This document shows, one piece after another, positions 29,633 through 39,062 of a DNA stretch of 64,000 nucleotides. The position numbers were made by a program, and so were the translations under genes. The notes beneath the pieces were generated by a model. It did not search any database, was not told the origin of the DNA, and worked only from the letters and a program-made list of their open reading frames with translations. This DNA is from Vulcanimicrobiota bacterium (GTDB taxonomy: Bacteria > Vulcanimicrobiota > CADAWZ01 > Ess09-12). Position 1 is the first letter of the stretch. Each line of letters starts with the position of its first letter. The stretch is taken from positions 1,478 to 65,477 of the forward strand of contig JAVHLM010000029.1 of the NCBI GenBank assembly GCA_031082125.1, given 5' to 3'.

Positions 29633-30277
29633 CTACTCGGTGACATTTTTCTTCGTGAGTTCGTCAACGACGGTCCTGTAGCCTTTTTTCTTCGCGATGG
29701 AGAGGGCCGAGGCTCCTGCCGCATTGCGGAGGTTCAGCGCCGCGCCCTGGGCCATGAGAAGGAGGGCCGTCTCCGGGTGGCCGTTCATGAGAGCCCACAT
29801 AAGAGGCGTGTTCTTCTCCTCGTCAAGGCCGTTTATCTCGCCCCCTTTTTCCAGGAAATATCCCACCATTTTATCCCTGCCGTAATAGGCCGCATAGTGG
29901 AGGGGCGTGCGACCGTAGCTGTCACGGGCCGTCACGTCAGCACCCCTCCCGATAAGGAGATCGCCCACGGCGGGAGAGGCAGCGACATGAAGAGCGGTCT
30001 GGCCGTCCCTGTCTTTCGCGTGGACACTTGCTCCCCTGGAGATCAGGAAAGCCGTCATCTCCTTGCTGCCCCCCTGGGCGGCGCGGTGAAGAGGAAGCTG
30101 CCCCTGCACCATATCCCCCACGTTGAGGAGCTCGGGATTCTCCTTCAGAAACTGCTGTACCTTCTTGATATCGCCTGCACCGGCGGCTTCATGAATCTCC
30201 CCGGCCGGGCAGGGCTGCCTCATGAGAGACAACACGGCGATGAGAGCAGTAATAAGAATTTTCAGGTGTTTTTCCAT
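29633..30277 (-). CDS. periplasmic ankyrin-repeat protein
   Basis: Signal peptide MEKHLKILITALIAVLSLMRQPCPA followed by about 5 ANK repeats (LPLHRAAQGGSKEMTAFLISRGASVHAKDRDGQTALHVAA...). Confidence 0.75.
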   Translation of the reverse strand: MEKHLKILITALIAVLSLMRQPCPAGEIHEAAGAGDIKKVQQFLKENPELLNVGDMVQGQLPLHRAAQGGSKEMTAFLISRGASVHAKDRDGQTALHVAASPAVGDLLIGRGADVTARDSYGRTPLHYAAYYGRDKMVGYFLEKGGEINGLDEEKNTPLMWALMNGHPETALLLMAQGAALNLRNAAGASALSIAKKKGYRTVVDELTKKNVTE

Positions 30278-30278
30278 G

Positions 30279-31658
30279 TCATTTCATCCCTGCCATTTCC
30301 TGGATTACCTTCTGGTAGGGCTCAAGCATTTTTTTCTTGGATTCCCGTATCATGGCTTTCCGCCCCGAAGGAAAGAGCATCATGAGGCCCAAGAAGTGTT
30401 TCTTCATATTCTCTGTCACGTCATTCTGGGGATAGTCATAGAGCCCATGCTCCCTGTAGTAAAGGTGATCGGCCTTGAAAAGCCATTGATGGGTGTACAC
30501 GAGGTCCCGGAAAAGAAGATGGGCTCCCACGCCGGGGAAGGTCAGGGGCCTGATGAAGCCCTCGCCGATGCTCCAGAGAATTTTCTTTGCCAGGGCATTC
30601 AGGCGCGCGGTCACCTCGGCCGATGATCCCTCGTCGGTGATAATCCCCAGGTTGTGCACCTGCCCTGCGCCGGCTATGCATTCAAGGTACTGGACAATCT
30701 GGGGGTTCTGGGCCAGTGGGCCCGAGAAGAGGAAGGCTGCCTGCTTTCCCGAGGTAGTAGGGCGGTGCCCGTTAAAGAAGCTGCGGTCATAGAACATCTT
30801 CCAGCGCGCCGAGAGGAAGCGGTCCCTGATCGTCCCTGCATAAATGATGGCATCGGCCGGCATCAGATGCTCCCTGTAAATCTTCGTGAATCCGTCCTTG
30901 TAAGAGCATTCATTCTCCGACACGCACCGGTAGCAGCTCAGGCACCCCCCCCGCATGGAAATTGACCTTATGTTGATGATCTCAAGGGGATTGGCAAGCG
31001 ATTTCGCCAGGACTTCCGTCATGCGCGAGAGGTTTACATCCTTTTCTTCCGCATCGGTAAAGAGCACGATTTTTCGTGAGCCCTTCTTAGGGACATCGGC
31101 TATCTTGCCTGGCTTGTATTCCGAAAGCCTGGCGGAAGGCGGAAGGAAAGGCTGCTTTCCCGGCCAGTTTTCCTCCACATGGAGGAAAAAGGCGCGCATG
31201 AAAGTGATAATCCTGTGGCGCTCTTCCTTCTTGATAAGATCATCCATCCCGGCAGAGTATCCCTCGACATATCTCATTGACAGATCTGAAGAGACAGCCT
31301 CCGTGTAAGCATGGGCCACGTTGTCCATGAAATGGGCCGACGTGGTGAAGGTCGTCGCATACTTGCCCTTGAAGGCCTCAGCAAAGCCGCCTTCGAAAAC
31401 AAGCTCAATAAAACGCTTCATCTGGGCCGGCACAAGGCCGACATAGACCGGATAACACCATATCACCGCATCGGAGGCCTCAATCTCCTCGGCCAGTTCT
31501 TTCAGGGCATCGGGCTTTTTTTCATAACGGCCTATTTCCATGCCTGTGTGAAAGACCCTGAAGGTATGCATGTCAAAATACTTCTCCAGGTAGCGGATGT
31601 AATGAAGGGTTACGCTGTGGGGGCCCTTGGGGCTTCCACTCAAAACCACGATTTTCAT
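30279..31658 (-). CDS. tandem flavodoxin-like-fold NAD(P)H-dependent oxidoreductase (two NADPH-dependent-FMN-reductase-like halves; Cys cluster CLSCYRC...C in the second)
   Basis: MKIVVLSGSPKGPHSVT... and ...SRKIVLFTDAEEKDV... both resemble flavodoxin/FMN-reductase N-termini. Product assignment is at the family level only. Confidence 0.45.
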   Translation of the reverse strand: MKIVVLSGSPKGPHSVTLHYIRYLEKYFDMHTFRVFHTGMEIGRYEKKPDALKELAEEIEASDAVIWCYPVYVGLVPAQMKRFIELVFEGGFAEAFKGKYATTFTTSAHFMDNVAHAYTEAVSSDLSMRYVEGYSAGMDDLIKKEERHRIITFMRAFFLHVEENWPGKQPFLPPSARLSEYKPGKIADVPKKGSRKIVLFTDAEEKDVNLSRMTEVLAKSLANPLEIINIRSISMRGGCLSCYRCVSENECSYKDGFTKIYREHLMPADAIIYAGTIRDRFLSARWKMFYDRSFFNGHRPTTSGKQAAFLFSGPLAQNPQIVQYLECIAGAGQVHNLGIITDEGSSAEVTARLNALAKKILWSIGEGFIRPLTFPGVGAHLLFRDLVYTHQWLFKADHLYYREHGLYDYPQNDVTENMKKHFLGLMMLFPSGRKAMIRESKKKMLEPYQKVIQEMAGMK

Positions 31659-31790
31659 AAGCAGCTCCTTTCCTTTACTCCGAGCATCATGAATAAGGGT
31701 GAATTGCTCAAACAGTCACAACGAATTGGCTCACTCATGGAGTAATGATTTCGTGCTTTATCGCCCTTATTCCTATTCAGATAAAAACTC

Positions 31791-32318
31791 TCACTGCCTG
31801 AGAGAGGTGAGGGCCCACCAGTAAGTGCGCCCGGTTTCCCTGGTCCTCATCATTCCAATATTCACAAGGACCCTCTGGGAAGGCATGTTGTCCTTCTCAG
31901 TCTCGGCTGTCACCATGGCCACGCCGGGGATTGAAAGAGCCCAGGAGCATACGGCCCTCAGCGCTTCCGTCATATAGCCCCGGCAGCGGTAAGCCTCCTG
32001 CATGATATAGCCAAGCTGCACTCTTCCCTCAGAATCGGGGGGGCCATGAAAGCATAGGCCCCCGATTATCCTGTTCTGCTCCCTGAGCGCTATCTCCCAG
32101 TTGGTGTTCCACAGGTAATTCTCCGGGTCTTCCTCCACAAGGGAAATCATCGCCTCAAGGGCTGCCTCAAGGGCCTCGGCAGTCTCCCGGTCAAGGGGGC
32201 TTACCGTCATTTCAAGACCCAGCCGTTTCTCCATTACGTGACGACCGCTGCGGCAGAGGCAAAGCTCCTCTCCGGTGAGAGGAATCAGGCGGAGCCGCGG
32301 TGTTTCAAGTTCCCTCAT
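31791..32318 (-). CDS. GNAT family N-acetyltransferase (RimJ/RimL-like)
   Basis: Start MRELETPRLRLIPLTGEEL and acetyl-CoA binding region ..CRGYMTEALRAV.. Confidence 0.65.
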   Translation of the reverse strand: MRELETPRLRLIPLTGEELCLCRSGRHVMEKRLGLEMTVSPLDRETAEALEAALEAMISLVEEDPENYLWNTNWEIALREQNRIIGGLCFHGPPDSEGRVQLGYIMQEAYRCRGYMTEALRAVCSWALSIPGVAMVTAETEKDNMPSQRVLVNIGMMRTRETGRTYWWALTSLRQ

Positions 32319-32382
32319 GAGAAATGCCCTTCTTCCTTCCGCCCCCCGACTCCTGTCTTAAAGATAAAGAGGGGCATCTGGC

Positions 32383-32988
32383 TCAGGGCTTTGTGGCCGT
32401 GCGGGCATATTGGATCACTGCCGGGATGCCGCCTTTTTCCTCGACATTGCAGAAAATCTTGAAACCCCTGCCATAATCGGGGTCATCCAGAGAGAGAAGT
32501 CTCCCCGCGAGGCTGAGTTCTCCCAGGGCCAGGAGGGTCTTCCATTTGCACCACTCGGCGAAGCCCTCCTTGAGAGTTCTGTCCTGGAGAGGACTGTTCG
32601 AGGACTGCCAGGCATGGGCAAGCTCATGAGCCAGGACGGCGATAGCCTTGCTCCTGGAGAGGCCGGCTACAATCCATATGCTTTCAGGACTGTGAGACTG
32701 ATAATAGCCTCCCACCTCGACAGCACGGCCGCCGCCTGAATTGTGCTGCACCTGCACCTCATCATAAGGCCTGACCATGATAAGAATATCCCTGTCTATC
32801 TTAACTCCCAGCAGGCCCAGGATGCGCTTCGCCTCTTTGCAGCAGGCAGTTCCCTGTTCATCGGTGGTAATCTGCTGGCACCAGAGGGAAGCCACCATTG
32901 CGGCAACAAACAGGGCCGTCATGATAAGAGTCATTGCTACCTTTAATCTCCCCATCCCCATGATAGTCGCTCCTCTCTTTTGTTTCAC
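32383..32988 (-). CDS. membrane-anchored HExxH zinc-metalloprotease-like protein
   Basis: TM helix LKVAMTLIMTALFVAAMVASL then VLAHELAHAWQ...EGFAEW (gluzincin-like HExxH + E). Confidence 0.45.
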   Translation of the reverse strand: MKQKRGATIMGMGRLKVAMTLIMTALFVAAMVASLWCQQITTDEQGTACCKEAKRILGLLGVKIDRDILIMVRPYDEVQVQHNSGGGRAVEVGGYYQSHSPESIWIVAGLSRSKAIAVLAHELAHAWQSSNSPLQDRTLKEGFAEWCKWKTLLALGELSLAGRLLSLDDPDYGRGFKIFCNVEEKGGIPAVIQYARTATKP

Positions 32989-34100
32989 AGGTCATTCAGG
33001 CATGCAAAGGGGTCAAAATCATATTCCTTTTCCAGGGGCTGCGAAGGCGGATGGATGATGCGCGCCACGTCGATTCCAAAAGCCCTCTCTATGGTGCGGT
33101 GCGTAACCCTTTCAATGATGCGCGCCGGCATCCCGATCTCCTTCAGCTTTGCAATGAAACGAGGATAAAAGGGCAATCCCGGCACTCCGGGGAGGGGATC
33201 TTTCCTGTTCAGCTTTTCCTTGAGAAGGTGGGGTGCATGATCGGTCTCTATCCAGTCAATCCTCCCGTTCATGAGAAGCCCGAGGAGCCTGCGCTGCACC
33301 TCCTCGCTGCGAAGGGGCGGGTTCATTATAAGGCTGCCCCCCCGTGGGCCCTTCATCATGCCGGTATGAAGAAGCGCGTGATGGGGGGTAATACCGCAGG
33401 TGATGGGAAAGAGCCCGCGCTCGTTCTCGCGCTCAATCTCATAAATCGTGTCAGGGTGCGATACATGACATACATGGAGGATCCCGCGGAATCCCGCTTT
33501 TCCCGCTTTCGCTATAAACTCGGCGACCCCGCGGACTTCTGCTTCATGAGGCCTTGCGAGGGCATAGGTTTCAGGGCTCGAGCACTCAAAGAGATCTCTT
33601 CTCAGCAAAGATTCCTTCTCACAGTGAACAGCAAGCACTCCATCATAATGTGTTTTTGCAAGAACGGTAATGACATTCGCCAGCCCTTCGTCGTCATTGA
33701 CGGCGAGAGCTCCCCCGGCGCCTCCCGCGTAGAGCTTGAGGCCTACCACGCGGGGGAAAAGCGATTTATGGGCTGCCACGGCTTCCTTTACCTGCTGCGG
33801 ATCGGCCGTAAGGCCCATGAAAATCCCGTGGAAGAGGGGGACTCCGCTTGAATCGGCAAGGGCTATTCTTTCAAGAACCCTCTCCATGGTCGTGAGGGGG
33901 GGATCGGTGTTGGGCATCTCAAAAACACCGTCAAGACCTGCATCAAAGGCGACCCTGAGGCCATGGGCAAGGGTCTCCTTATAGGCCTGTTTCCAGTCTC
34001 TCAGATGGACATGAGGATCAATCATAGGTCTTTCTTCTTTATCGCGGCTTCCGGCTCCTGCCTTAATGCCACATTCCCGCCGGAACCGGCGTACTTTCAT
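32985..34100 (-). CDS. pyrC: dihydroorotase (type II, E. coli-like); start uncertain (alternative Met at 34025)
   Basis: ...IDPHVHLRDWKQAYKETL...NTDPP... aligns with E. coli PyrC DDWHLHLRDG...NLAPP. The track ORF (to 34187) overlaps pyrDK and is probably over-extended. Confidence 0.75.
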   Translation of the reverse strand: MKVRRFRRECGIKAGAGSRDKEERPMIDPHVHLRDWKQAYKETLAHGLRVAFDAGLDGVFEMPNTDPPLTTMERVLERIALADSSGVPLFHGIFMGLTADPQQVKEAVAAHKSLFPRVVGLKLYAGGAGGALAVNDDEGLANVITVLAKTHYDGVLAVHCEKESLLRRDLFECSSPETYALARPHEAEVRGVAEFIAKAGKAGFRGILHVCHVSHPDTIYEIERENERGLFPITCGITPHHALLHTGMMKGPRGGSLIMNPPLRSEEVQRRLLGLLMNGRIDWIETDHAPHLLKEKLNRKDPLPGVPGLPFYPRFIAKLKEIGMPARIIERVTHRTIERAFGIDVARIIHPPSQPLEKEYDFDPFACLNDL

Positions 34101-34105
34101 GCTTC

Positions 34106-35824
34106 TTACGACAGGTCCAGGCCATGGTCCTGCAGGAAAGCGTAAGAGACAAAGGTCCCCTCCTGGCAGGTGAGATGGCCGCCGCATTCACATTCGCCGC
34201 ATATTCCAACTCCGCACATGGTATGAGTCTCCAGTGAATTCCAGATTCTCTCTGCCCTGACGCCTGCCGTCTCCTGGAGCCTTGAGGCTTCTGCCATCAG
34301 GAGAGGAGGACCGATGTTATAGCAGCAGTCAGGCCGGATCTTACGGGACTCCAGGTCCCTGGAAACGCTCCCCAGCACGGCGCCAGGCTCATCCTGGTCA
34401 GCCACAGTCTCAAGGTGGCCATACTCTCTGATGAGGTCAGAAAACAGGGGCTCCTCTCCCCTCTTCACCCCATAATAGATTCTGATATGCGAGGCTTTTC
34501 CCGAGAGCATCGAAAGGAGGGCCGGCACCACGGCTATACCGGTGCCGCCCGCCACTACCATCACGGTGCTGCTGCCGCACGGCGGCCCCTCTTTTCCATA
34601 GGGTCCCCTGATAAGAACAGTATCGCCGACTTTCAACGAAAACAATGCCTCTGTCACGATCCCCTGCTCCAGAGCCTTGTCATAATGACGTTTTCTTATT
34701 ACAAAGGTCATCGGATTTCCGTACGCCATTGAAAAAGGTTTCTCCCCTGCACCCGGCACCCACAGGAATACATACTCTCCTGCCCTGCAGTCACAGGCTC
34801 CATCGAGGGTAAGGAGCAGGAGGTCACTGCCCTTCTGCTCCCTCCTGGATATCTTATAAGGGCGGTATTCCATGAGCCTTTCATTTATCAGAAGCTCGCC
34901 CGACAGGCATGTGCCCTGTTCCGTGTCATCCCTGAGAGCCTTTACAAAAGCAGGGCGCACCGGGTGGGGAACGCGTATGAAGAGGCTCCCCAGGCCCACG
35001 GTTTGGGCACCTGCTTCGCGCATTGCCCTCACATCGGCACCAGTGGTGATACCTCCCATACCGATGAGAGGCGCTCCGGGGCCGATTTCACCCCTTATTG
35101 CTGCTATTTTGCTCAATGCCTCATCAAGTATCCACCGGCCTGATTTCCCGCCCTTATGTCCCCTGGGGTTTGAAAGGATGGGCATCCCCGTGTGCGGCTC
35201 ATAATAGACTTCAGGGCCCACCGTGTTGATGGCTGCTATGCCATCAGCCCCCGAGGCCATCGCAGCCACGGCAACGGCCTCTATGCTGGGCACATTGGGA
35301 GTGAGCTTGGGGAAAAGGGGCTTTGACGTGAGGGCTCTGAGAGCTTTCACATACCGGGCCGTCAGCGCGGCATCACTGCCGATTGAAGAGCCATAGCCTT
35401 CTCCGGCATGGGGACAGGAGAAATTGAGCTCCAGCAGGTCCGCCACAGGCTCAAACTTTTTTACCAGCAGCGCAAAATCGTCAACAGAATTCCCGGAAAG
35501 GGAGATATTCAGCAGCGCCCGCATCGAATGGCGGCTCCTGAGGCTCAAAAGCTCATCAAAGCCCTTCTCCATACCGGGGTTTCGAAGGCCCACAGCGTTC
35601 CCGTAGCAGCCTATGCCTGCCTCTACAAGGACAGGTTCCCTGTTGCCAGCATCAGGCATCACCTGGTAGCTCTTGGTCGTAATGACATCAATGCCGGGAA
35701 CATTGCGGTCCACCCATTCGATGAGAGAGGGCTTCGTGGTCAATATGCCGGAGACAGTGGCGCACTTCAGCGCCGGGGACGAGAGACAGGCAAGAACCTC
35801 GGCGGGGGAGCAGCCTCCCATCAT
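34106..35824 (-). CDS. pyrD: fused dihydroorotate dehydrogenase 1B: catalytic PyrD domain (N) plus electron-transfer PyrK domain (C, FAD/2Fe-2S)
   Basis: N-half: ...EAGIGCYGNAVGLRNPGME... (DHOD TIM barrel). C-half: ...FSMAYGNPMTFVIRKR...CGVGICGECEC (PyrK ferredoxin-reductase fold with Cys cluster). Confidence 0.8.
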   Translation of the reverse strand: MMGGCSPAEVLACLSSPALKCATVSGILTTKPSLIEWVDRNVPGIDVITTKSYQVMPDAGNREPVLVEAGIGCYGNAVGLRNPGMEKGFDELLSLRSRHSMRALLNISLSGNSVDDFALLVKKFEPVADLLELNFSCPHAGEGYGSSIGSDAALTARYVKALRALTSKPLFPKLTPNVPSIEAVAVAAMASGADGIAAINTVGPEVYYEPHTGMPILSNPRGHKGGKSGRWILDEALSKIAAIRGEIGPGAPLIGMGGITTGADVRAMREAGAQTVGLGSLFIRVPHPVRPAFVKALRDDTEQGTCLSGELLINERLMEYRPYKISRREQKGSDLLLLTLDGACDCRAGEYVFLWVPGAGEKPFSMAYGNPMTFVIRKRHYDKALEQGIVTEALFSLKVGDTVLIRGPYGKEGPPCGSSTVMVVAGGTGIAVVPALLSMLSGKASHIRIYYGVKRGEEPLFSDLIREYGHLETVADQDEPGAVLGSVSRDLESRKIRPDCCYNIGPPLLMAEASRLQETAGVRAERIWNSLETHTMCGVGICGECECGGHLTCQEGTFVSYAFLQDHGLDLS

Positions 35825-36729
35825 CCCACCTGCCTGAAGGCAATCTCGTCATTCAGCGTCACCAGTTCGGCAACGGACACCTCCGGCCAGTTGGAGGGAA
35901 CCTTTTTCCTGGCCCGCTGCCATGGGTGGGTGATGCCGCTTGAGCTGCTGATCCGCACCATTGAGAGATCATATCCCACGTTGCGCAGGCGCCGCGCCAC
36001 ATCGCCTGCCGATCCCCCCTGGGCTCCCACGCCGGGAATGAGGAGGGGAATATGGCGGTTTACATAAAGCTTCGCGATATCGGTGAGCTCTTCAGGGGAG
36101 GTGGCACCGACTACGGCGCCGACACCAGGCCGCTCTTTCGCCCACTTGACGATCTTTTCGGCAATGGCAATGTAAAGGGGGACCTTGTGCTCACCCTCCA
36201 GCACCATGAGATTCTGAAAGTCCAGGGCACCCTTGTTGGAGTTCCTGTTCAGCAGGTATACACCGCGCCCCTTTTCATCATTGCAATATTCTGCAAAGGG
36301 CAGAATCGAATCTGAGCCCATGAATGGCGACACGGTGACGGCATCAACGCCCCAGGACAGGAAGCCCTCATCGGCGTAATTGGCCGACGAAGTGGTGATA
36401 TCGCCGCGCTTGTAATCGAGGATAAGAGGGATTCCGGGGAAGCGTTTCCTGATCTCGCCGATGACCTGGGCCATCACGTGGCTCCCCCTGAAGGAACCCT
36501 CCAGGGGAGTGTCATACTTCAGGTAAAAACCATGATTCAGCTTGAAGGCTCCCGGCCTGGATCCTACCTGCGCCATCCTGTCGAAGAGCGCCCTGTAGAA
36601 TTCAGGCACTCCCGCAATGCCCTCCGATGCGAGGTGAGCGGGCATTGCCTCAATTACAGGGTCCAGCCCTATGCACACGATGCTCGAGGTCTCCTGGGCG
36701 CTTTTTTTCAGGACATCCAGATAGTTCAT
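35821..36729 (-). CDS. pyrF: orotidine-5'-phosphate decarboxylase (type 2, long form)
   Basis: MNYLDVLKKSAQETSSIVCIGLDP...; 302 aa; 4-nt overlap with pyrDK. Confidence 0.8.
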   Translation of the reverse strand: MNYLDVLKKSAQETSSIVCIGLDPVIEAMPAHLASEGIAGVPEFYRALFDRMAQVGSRPGAFKLNHGFYLKYDTPLEGSFRGSHVMAQVIGEIRKRFPGIPLILDYKRGDITTSSANYADEGFLSWGVDAVTVSPFMGSDSILPFAEYCNDEKGRGVYLLNRNSNKGALDFQNLMVLEGEHKVPLYIAIAEKIVKWAKERPGVGAVVGATSPEELTDIAKLYVNRHIPLLIPGVGAQGGSAGDVARRLRNVGYDLSMVRISSSSGITHPWQRARKKVPSNWPEVSVAELVTLNDEIAFRQVG

Positions 36730-36730
36730 C

Positions 36731-37423
36731 TCATTCTCCTTTCACCACTCGAGGAAATCCATGCTTTGCTCCCCACCCGAATGGATCATGGCGCCATTCT
36801 CTCAGGATCGATACTTCATTCTGGCTCAGATAGCCTGTTTCAAGGGCTTTCTCCAGCAGCACATCATAGGCGAAGATGGGAATCAGCTCACAGGGCGGCC
36901 TCATTGAGAGGAAGAGCTCCTCGGCTTCATCAAAGCCATAACTGAATACGGCCAGGCAGTGAGAGACGGTACCGCCGGCAGCCCTCAGGGCCCTGACGGC
37001 CAGGGCGGAGCTTCTTCCCGTCGAGATGAGATCCTCGATAAGCACTACCTTTCTGCCCCCGAGGGTATTCCCCCTTCCAAGGCCTTCAACCTGGCATCCC
37101 ATTCCGTGGTCCTTGGCCTCCGGCCTCACATAGACGAATGGCGCCTGCAGGCTTTCAGCGAGGGCCATTCCAAAAGGTATTCCCGCCGTAGCGGTGCCGG
37201 CAATGACCTCATAAGCAATGTTCTTTTCCTTGATGATACAATCAAAGGCACCGGTGATGAGCTTCCTGTATTCCGGGAAAAAAAGGAACATCCTGTTGTC
37301 ATTATATATGGGCATCCTGTAACCGGAGACCCACTGAAAGGGCTCCCTGGCGTCAAGCCTGATAGCCTTTATCTCCAGGCCTGCCTGGGCAATTCTCCCT
37401 GCGTACTCTGAAAAAATCCTCAT
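36731..37423 (-). CDS. pyrE: orotate phosphoribosyltransferase
   Basis: PRPP-binding loop KVVLIEDLISTGRSS and an OPRTase-like N-terminus. The track ORF to 37561 carries an implausible 46-aa extension, and the Met at 37423 leaves a 10-nt gap to pyrBI. Confidence 0.8.
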   Translation of the reverse strand: MRIFSEYAGRIAQAGLEIKAIRLDAREPFQWVSGYRMPIYNDNRMFLFFPEYRKLITGAFDCIIKEKNIAYEVIAGTATAGIPFGMALAESLQAPFVYVRPEAKDHGMGCQVEGLGRGNTLGGRKVVLIEDLISTGRSSALAVRALRAAGGTVSHCLAVFSYGFDEAEELFLSMRPPCELIPIFAYDVLLEKALETGYLSQNEVSILREWRHDPFGWGAKHGFPRVVKGE

Positions 37424-37433
37424 TGAAGCCACC

Positions 37434-39062
37434 TCACAGATCCCATATCTCCTTGAAATTGTGGAGCCTGTCACAGTAGTGGCACTTGAAGACATGGCCC
37501 AGCATACGGTGAAATATGGGCTTAGTATACTCATGATGGGAAGGATGAGAGATACAGTCAACGTTTTTACAGCTTGTCTGCCCGAAATTCTCGATGCGCC
37601 AAGGCATGTGAAGCCTGAACTTGCGGACCACTTTCCACTCCTTCACTACATTAAGGGTGCACTCGGGGCTCACGGCGGCAAGCTTCTCCATCTCCCTGGG
37701 ACCGAAGCCCAGGAATCCCGGCACCGAGATGATGCCCTTGAATCTGCCGTCATTCTCTCCCCTGTAGACCCCATGAGAGCTCATGCGATTCAGGGCCAGG
37801 ATTTTCCTGGTCCTGTCGATGTGGTCCCAGATAGTCCCCTCGTCCTCGCCCTTCTCGATATGATCTATCACTATGCCGGTCTCAATGGGTTTTATGCCCA
37901 CCTTGTAATCGGGCTTTACCTTCTCCACCGGCGTCACTTCCTCAATGAAGTCGTCATTGGCGGAGGGGATTTCAGGGCTGGCACCCTGGAAGTCAAGACC
38001 TGTGGCCCCGCCGAGCATTGAAAGGAGCACCGTCCTGGTATAGTAGCCGTTGATTGACTGGCTTTCCCATCCGTTGAGGGGAGTTTCATCGAGAAACGAG
38101 GGTATCGTGGGGTATTCCTTGTTCCGGGGAAGGGGATGATAAAACCTTGTGTCATCGGGAAGGCGGTATTTCTCCAGGAAGCTCTTTTCAAAGGTAACGG
38201 CCTGCCTGAGCTGGTGCTCCTTCTGCAGGATCTTTTCTCCCATGCGCTCAAGCTGAAGCCTGGTGAAATACCATATATCGGCCACGTCGTCCTGCGAGAG
38301 ATACTCCTCTATCGAGGAGAAATGCCTTACTCTGAAGCCGTTCCCTTCCATCTTCTCAATATAGTAGGAGGGCATGGCAAGCTCCTCAGGTGCCACGAGA
38401 TCGACGGAGACCTCCTGGAAGATGCAGAGACCGTCAGGCTTGGAATGGATGGTCCTCCCGTGGAAAAGGTCGCCGATAAGGGCAATCCTTATCTTCCCGC
38501 GCTTCCATCCCAGGTGCTCCAGAAAAGTGAACTCGTCAAGGAACTCCTGGGTGGGGTGCTCATGCTTGCCGTCGCCGCTGTTGATGAAGGCGGGCTTCTC
38601 TATCCCGTGGCGCGCGGCGAACTCTGCAACAGAGGTATCAAGCCACCGGCACACTCCCTCCAGCTTTGTTCTCATGACAAAGACAGAATAGGGGCTGTAG
38701 CCGCAGAGCATGTTGAAAGTGTCACGGTAGCTCTCGTTCTTGGAGAACGAAGATGAATCGGCGTCAAATATGTTGAGCTTGGTCCTGTGAAAGCGGGCGG
38801 CGTTGATGAAGGATTCCCTGGTCCTCGTGCTGTCCTCGAGAAAAAGGATATAGATGGCCATCAGGGGATCATCTACGCAGAACGCCGAGGTATCGCCCCC
38901 TGTCCTGAGGGTTTCCTTGAGCTCCCGCGATTTCTGGTAAAGGTAATACTGCTCATCAAGGGAGAGGTCGCCCACCACCGACACTGACCGCCCCTTGAAG
39001 GGTCCCTTTTCTTTCTTCCTGCCTGTTGCCGCAGTTTCCATACTTTCCTCACACGATATCAA
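37434..39062 (-). CDS. pyrB: fused aspartate carbamoyltransferase: catalytic PyrB domain plus C-terminal regulatory PyrI zinc domain (TTG start per track)
   Basis: STRTR and HPLP catalytic motifs in the N-terminal about 330 aa; C-terminal CKNVDCISHP...CHYC zinc-finger typical of PyrI. Confidence 0.8.
   Translation of the reverse strand: MISCEESMETAATGRKKEKGPFKGRSVSVVGDLSLDEQYYLYQKSRELKETLRTGGDTSAFCVDDPLMAIYILFLEDSTRTRESFINAARFHRTKLNIFDADSSSFSKNESYRDTFNMLCGYSPYSVFVMRTKLEGVCRWLDTSVAEFAARHGIEKPAFINSGDGKHEHPTQEFLDEFTFLEHLGWKRGKIRIALIGDLFHGRTIHSKPDGLCIFQEVSVDLVAPEELAMPSYYIEKMEGNGFRVRHFSSIEEYLSQDDVADIWYFTRLQLERMGEKILQKEHQLRQAVTFEKSFLEKYRLPDDTRFYHPLPRNKEYPTIPSFLDETPLNGWESQSINGYYTRTVLLSMLGGATGLDFQGASPEIPSANDDFIEEVTPVEKVKPDYKVGIKPIETGIVIDHIEKGEDEGTIWDHIDRTRKILALNRMSSHGVYRGENDGRFKGIISVPGFLGFGPREMEKLAAVSPECTLNVVKEWKVVRKFRLHMPWRIENFGQTSCKNVDCISHPSHHEYTKPIFHRMLGHVFKCHYCDRLHNFKEIWDL

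Noticed and set aside
36731-37561. 276-aa pyrE ORF as given by the track
   Set aside because: The first 46 residues do not resemble OPRTase and would nearly abut the pyrBI stop. The internal Met at 37423 gives a canonical-length PyrE.
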